Virus record (IMG/VR): IMGVR_UViG_3300033141_004289
Span: 1-64,000 of that record
Strand: one strand, 5' to 3'
DNA: 64,000 bases
Source of the DNA: a virus
In this document: positions 61,300-64,000 of the stretch, in pieces
Layout: each line of letters begins with the position of its first letter
Numbering within the stretch: position 1 is the first letter of the stretch
Translations under genes and position numbers: made by a program
The notes under the pieces: model-generated
The model's database searches: none
Told to the model about the DNA's origin: nothing
What the model saw: the letters and a program-made list of their open reading frames with translations, nothing else

Positions 61300-63528
61300 A
61301 TGGGTGAATTCATAATTGACGTAAATTCAGTAAATAATGTAGCAATTAGAAGTGATCTTGAAGCCTTTATTGCTTCCAGACCAGATGCCGATAAATGGAG
61401 TCAATTTTTCCAATCTTCAAGTGGTCAAATAACAGTTGATTTAATTGCAGCATTTACAGCTTTTTTAAAATATGACAGCATCTCGTCACGAAGAGAAAAC
61501 TATCTTCCTTATGCTCAAACTCGTGGAGGTATAGTAGCTGGTGCACAGCAATTAGGTTATTCCGTAAATCGAGGTAGAAATGCAATTATTGAAATCACTT
61601 TTACTCCTCTTAATTCTGGTGTGTATCCTCAGTGGTATGTATTAGGTTCAGTAAATGGATATGGACTTGTATTATTAGATGAAACTGTTTATAACGCTGG
61701 TGTTTCTGTAACTGTTTCGTGTGTAGTAGGGGATATTTTAGACCAGACTATTCAAGCAACAACAGATAGTAGTGCAACTTTTAGATTTACAGAAAAAAGA
61801 GTTTCAGAAGATGTTCGTATTTATATTGGCGCCACACTAGTTAGTCACTCCTCAGATATACTTGATCTACTAATTGATAAATTTTTTATTCAAAGCAATG
61901 CTGTTGGTTCAGTTGATGCTAAATTTTTAAATCAGTCATCAGCTTCTTTAAGATATAATAATGGCGATAATATTAAACTTGAATGGATTGAATTAAAGGA
62001 TATTTCATTTACTGAAAGCTCTGTTTTATTAGATGAAACAGAAGGAACTTTAACTGCAATTACCATAACAGATTTATTTCAATCCTTTGAAACAAATGAA
62101 AGTGTTAAAGTTAATGCCCCATTACAAAATGAAACAAAATTTACTATTCGTGGTAGAAATGATTATAGCAAAATATTGCTTTTAGCTGACCCTGACTTTA
62201 TTGCTGCTGGTGGAAGAGATACTGCAATTGCTGCTATAGTCGAAATTTTTGCAATTAGAAATGATTTATCTATTTTAACAGCAGTTGAAAAACAAGCATT
62301 GCTAGATTCTATTTTTGCTAATAGGCCATTTGGTGTTCAGCCACCAATTATTATTGACCCCATTATGAATTTTTTAGAAGTTGCGGTTAATTTATATTTA
62401 GAATCTGGTGTTGTTGGTGACCCAAATGCAGAAGTTAGAGCAATTTTAGAAACTTATGAAAAGAAGTTATCTACACCAGAAGAAATTCAAACAATAGATT
62501 TTATAGAAATTGAAAAATTAATGACTGCTTCTGATCTAATTAGAATATCTAGAATTGTTGTTAAATATAGTACATGGATTGGAAGTAGTGTTTATAGAAG
62601 AGGCCTCCATGTTGAACCAACTGTACCAAATACCTTTATTTATGAAGCACTTGGATTTGTAAGATATTCTGGTTCTGTAGAACCAATATGGCCTGATCCA
62701 ATTCCATTAGTTTTACCTTTAGTTGGTTTTGAATACGGCCAACAGGTTACAGATAATGAATTAATTTGGGAATCCATTCAAGAAGCTCCTACACTTGACC
62801 CATGGGAAGCTGATAAAGTTTATCGTGTCGGTGATGAAGTTAGACATACTGGATTTGTTGGTAATGACCCAGAAGCATCTTTTAGACTAGTACGGGTTTT
62901 ACATAGGTCTGGTGAATCAACAATAGCTCTAGGTGCTTCAAAAATAGATCAAACTGTAACTTATACAGCAGATGTTCTTGGAGCAATTGGAAATGGAATC
63001 TCATTAGTTTTTGATGGGATTGATGATTTAGATACCGTAACAGGTGCTTGGAATTTATCCAACCCCGCAAATACAGTATCCTTTGCTGGTCAATTAGGAA
63101 CCTTTGTTCCAACAATTATTACAGTGACTTTAGAAGGTGGGTTAGATGCCTATGATGCCGAACCAGTATGGCCTATCCCTGCAAGTCTTTTAGGGCCAGA
63201 TGAGAGATCATTTGTTGATGATAATCAAATATTATGGTTAATGATTGAAAAGAGTGGAACACCTTCTGCTTGGAGTAGTAATACACTTTATGAAAATGGT
63301 GATACAGTTATTCCAACTATTGTAGATTCAGGCCAAGTTAATATTATGTTTCAGATGGTTGCTTTTATCGGAAAATCGGGCAACAGTGGGCCAATTTTTC
63401 CAATATCATTCGGTGAGACAGTAATTGATGGTCATGTTGAATGGGTTACAAGGACAAAAACCGATAGTCCTGAAAGTCCTTTATCGAATGAATATTATTT
63501 AATTAGTGAAGACATAACAGTAAGTTAG
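61300..63528 (+). CDS. Baseplate wedge gp6-like protein with C-terminal repeats
   Basis: REN.L..A..R..A..LGY motif; three W....Y..GD.V repeats. Confidence 0.8.
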   Translation: MGEFIIDVNSVNNVAIRSDLEAFIASRPDADKWSQFFQSSSGQITVDLIAAFTAFLKYDSISSRRENYLPYAQTRGGIVAGAQQLGYSVNRGRNAIIEITFTPLNSGVYPQWYVLGSVNGYGLVLLDETVYNAGVSVTVSCVVGDILDQTIQATTDSSATFRFTEKRVSEDVRIYIGATLVSHSSDILDLLIDKFFIQSNAVGSVDAKFLNQSSASLRYNNGDNIKLEWIELKDISFTESSVLLDETEGTLTAITITDLFQSFETNESVKVNAPLQNETKFTIRGRNDYSKILLLADPDFIAAGGRDTAIAAIVEIFAIRNDLSILTAVEKQALLDSIFANRPFGVQPPIIIDPIMNFLEVAVNLYLESGVVGDPNAEVRAILETYEKKLSTPEEIQTIDFIEIEKLMTASDLIRISRIVVKYSTWIGSSVYRRGLHVEPTVPNTFIYEALGFVRYSGSVEPIWPDPIPLVLPLVGFEYGQQVTDNELIWESIQEAPTLDPWEADKVYRVGDEVRHTGFVGNDPEASFRLVRVLHRSGESTIALGASKIDQTVTYTADVLGAIGNGISLVFDGIDDLDTVTGAWNLSNPANTVSFAGQLGTFVPTIITVTLEGGLDAYDAEPVWPIPASLLGPDERSFVDDNQILWLMIEKSGTPSAWSSNTLYENGDTVIPTIVDSGQVNIMFQMVAFIGKSGNSGPIFPISFGETVIDGHVEWVTRTKTDSPESPLSNEYYLISEDITVS

Positions 63529-63536
63529 GAAATTTA

Positions 63537-64000
63537 ATGAGTACATTAGATAGTTCAATTCAGTTAATTGCAGAAAAGCTTAGAAGTGATGAGTTTTTCA
63601 TTAAATTTGCTGAATTATTAGATAATGAAAAAGCTAATTATGATGTTGATTTTAGTGATGTAAAGTATAAATTACTTGACCCTACTCAATTAAGAGAAGA
63701 TGCAATTAAAGAAATAATTGATGAATTAGGCTTTAATTATATTAGAAACTTAATGGATACCCTTACAAATATCGAATTTAATGTTTTGATAGATTTCATT
63801 TCTCTGTTAAACTTATTGAAAGGGTCAAGAGAAGGTTTAGAAGTTGTTTTAAAGTTACTTGGTTTTGACTCTGTAATCACTGAATGGTGGGAAGCGTCAC
63901 CCCAGAAAGAACCATTAACCTTTGATATTACAATTATCATGAACACTTCTTTAGTACCTGATTTTTTACTAACATTAGAAAAAGTAAAAATATTTATTCA
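63537..64000 (+). CDS. Baseplate gp7 / tail protein I-like (runs off the window)
   Basis: Open from ATG 63537; LKGSREGLE..L.LLG..ITEWW. Confidence 0.7.
   Translation, partial: MSTLDSSIQLIAEKLRSDEFFIKFAELLDNEKANYDVDFSDVKYKLLDPTQLREDAIKEIIDELGFNYIRNLMDTLTNIEFNVLIDFISLLNLLKGSREGLEVVLKLLGFDSVITEWWEASPQKEPLTFDITIIMNTSLVPDFLLTLEKVKIFI

Noticed and set aside
1-64000. Stop-codon reassignment
   Set aside because: Conserved genes are intact in code 11, and TAG, TGA and TAA all end genes
1-64000. CRISPR array or diversity-generating retroelement
   Set aside because: No regularly spaced repeats, cas genes, reverse transcriptase or TR/VR pair seen

Overview
AT-rich fragment of a large myovirus-type phage genome in the standard genetic code, almost all on the + strand. 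1-16 kb: small accessory genes, a tRNA-Asp(GUC), a candidate ~320-nt structured RNA, QueD, an amidase and two phosphoesterases. 16.4-18.5 kb: terminase small and large subunits. 20.6-32 kb: a dispersed 7-deazaguanine (preQ0) modification system with two ParB-like paralogs, two tandem TGT/DpdA-like paralogs, QueC, QueE and FolE. 33.2-37.1 kb: a minus-strand early island containing ArdC, behind a near-consensus sigma70 promoter. 38-64 kb: T4-like morphogenesis module (RRM protein, portal, core, protease-scaffold, capsid, neck, sheath, tube, tape measure, baseplate). Most notable: (1) about 16-17 otherwise unrelated genes spread over 40 kb share an N-terminal leader (MKLAEKIL / MK[LI][VI]NEIN..L.E) that looks like a capsid-targeting, protease-cleaved tag for a variable cargo set; (2) a switch-like RNA leader can sequester the queC RBS; (3) a start-less ORF before the tape measure gene is reachable by a +1 frameshift at CCG-TTT-CGT; (4) an unexplained structured RNA lies next to the tRNA. 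All family calls are from motif recognition by eye; no searches were run.
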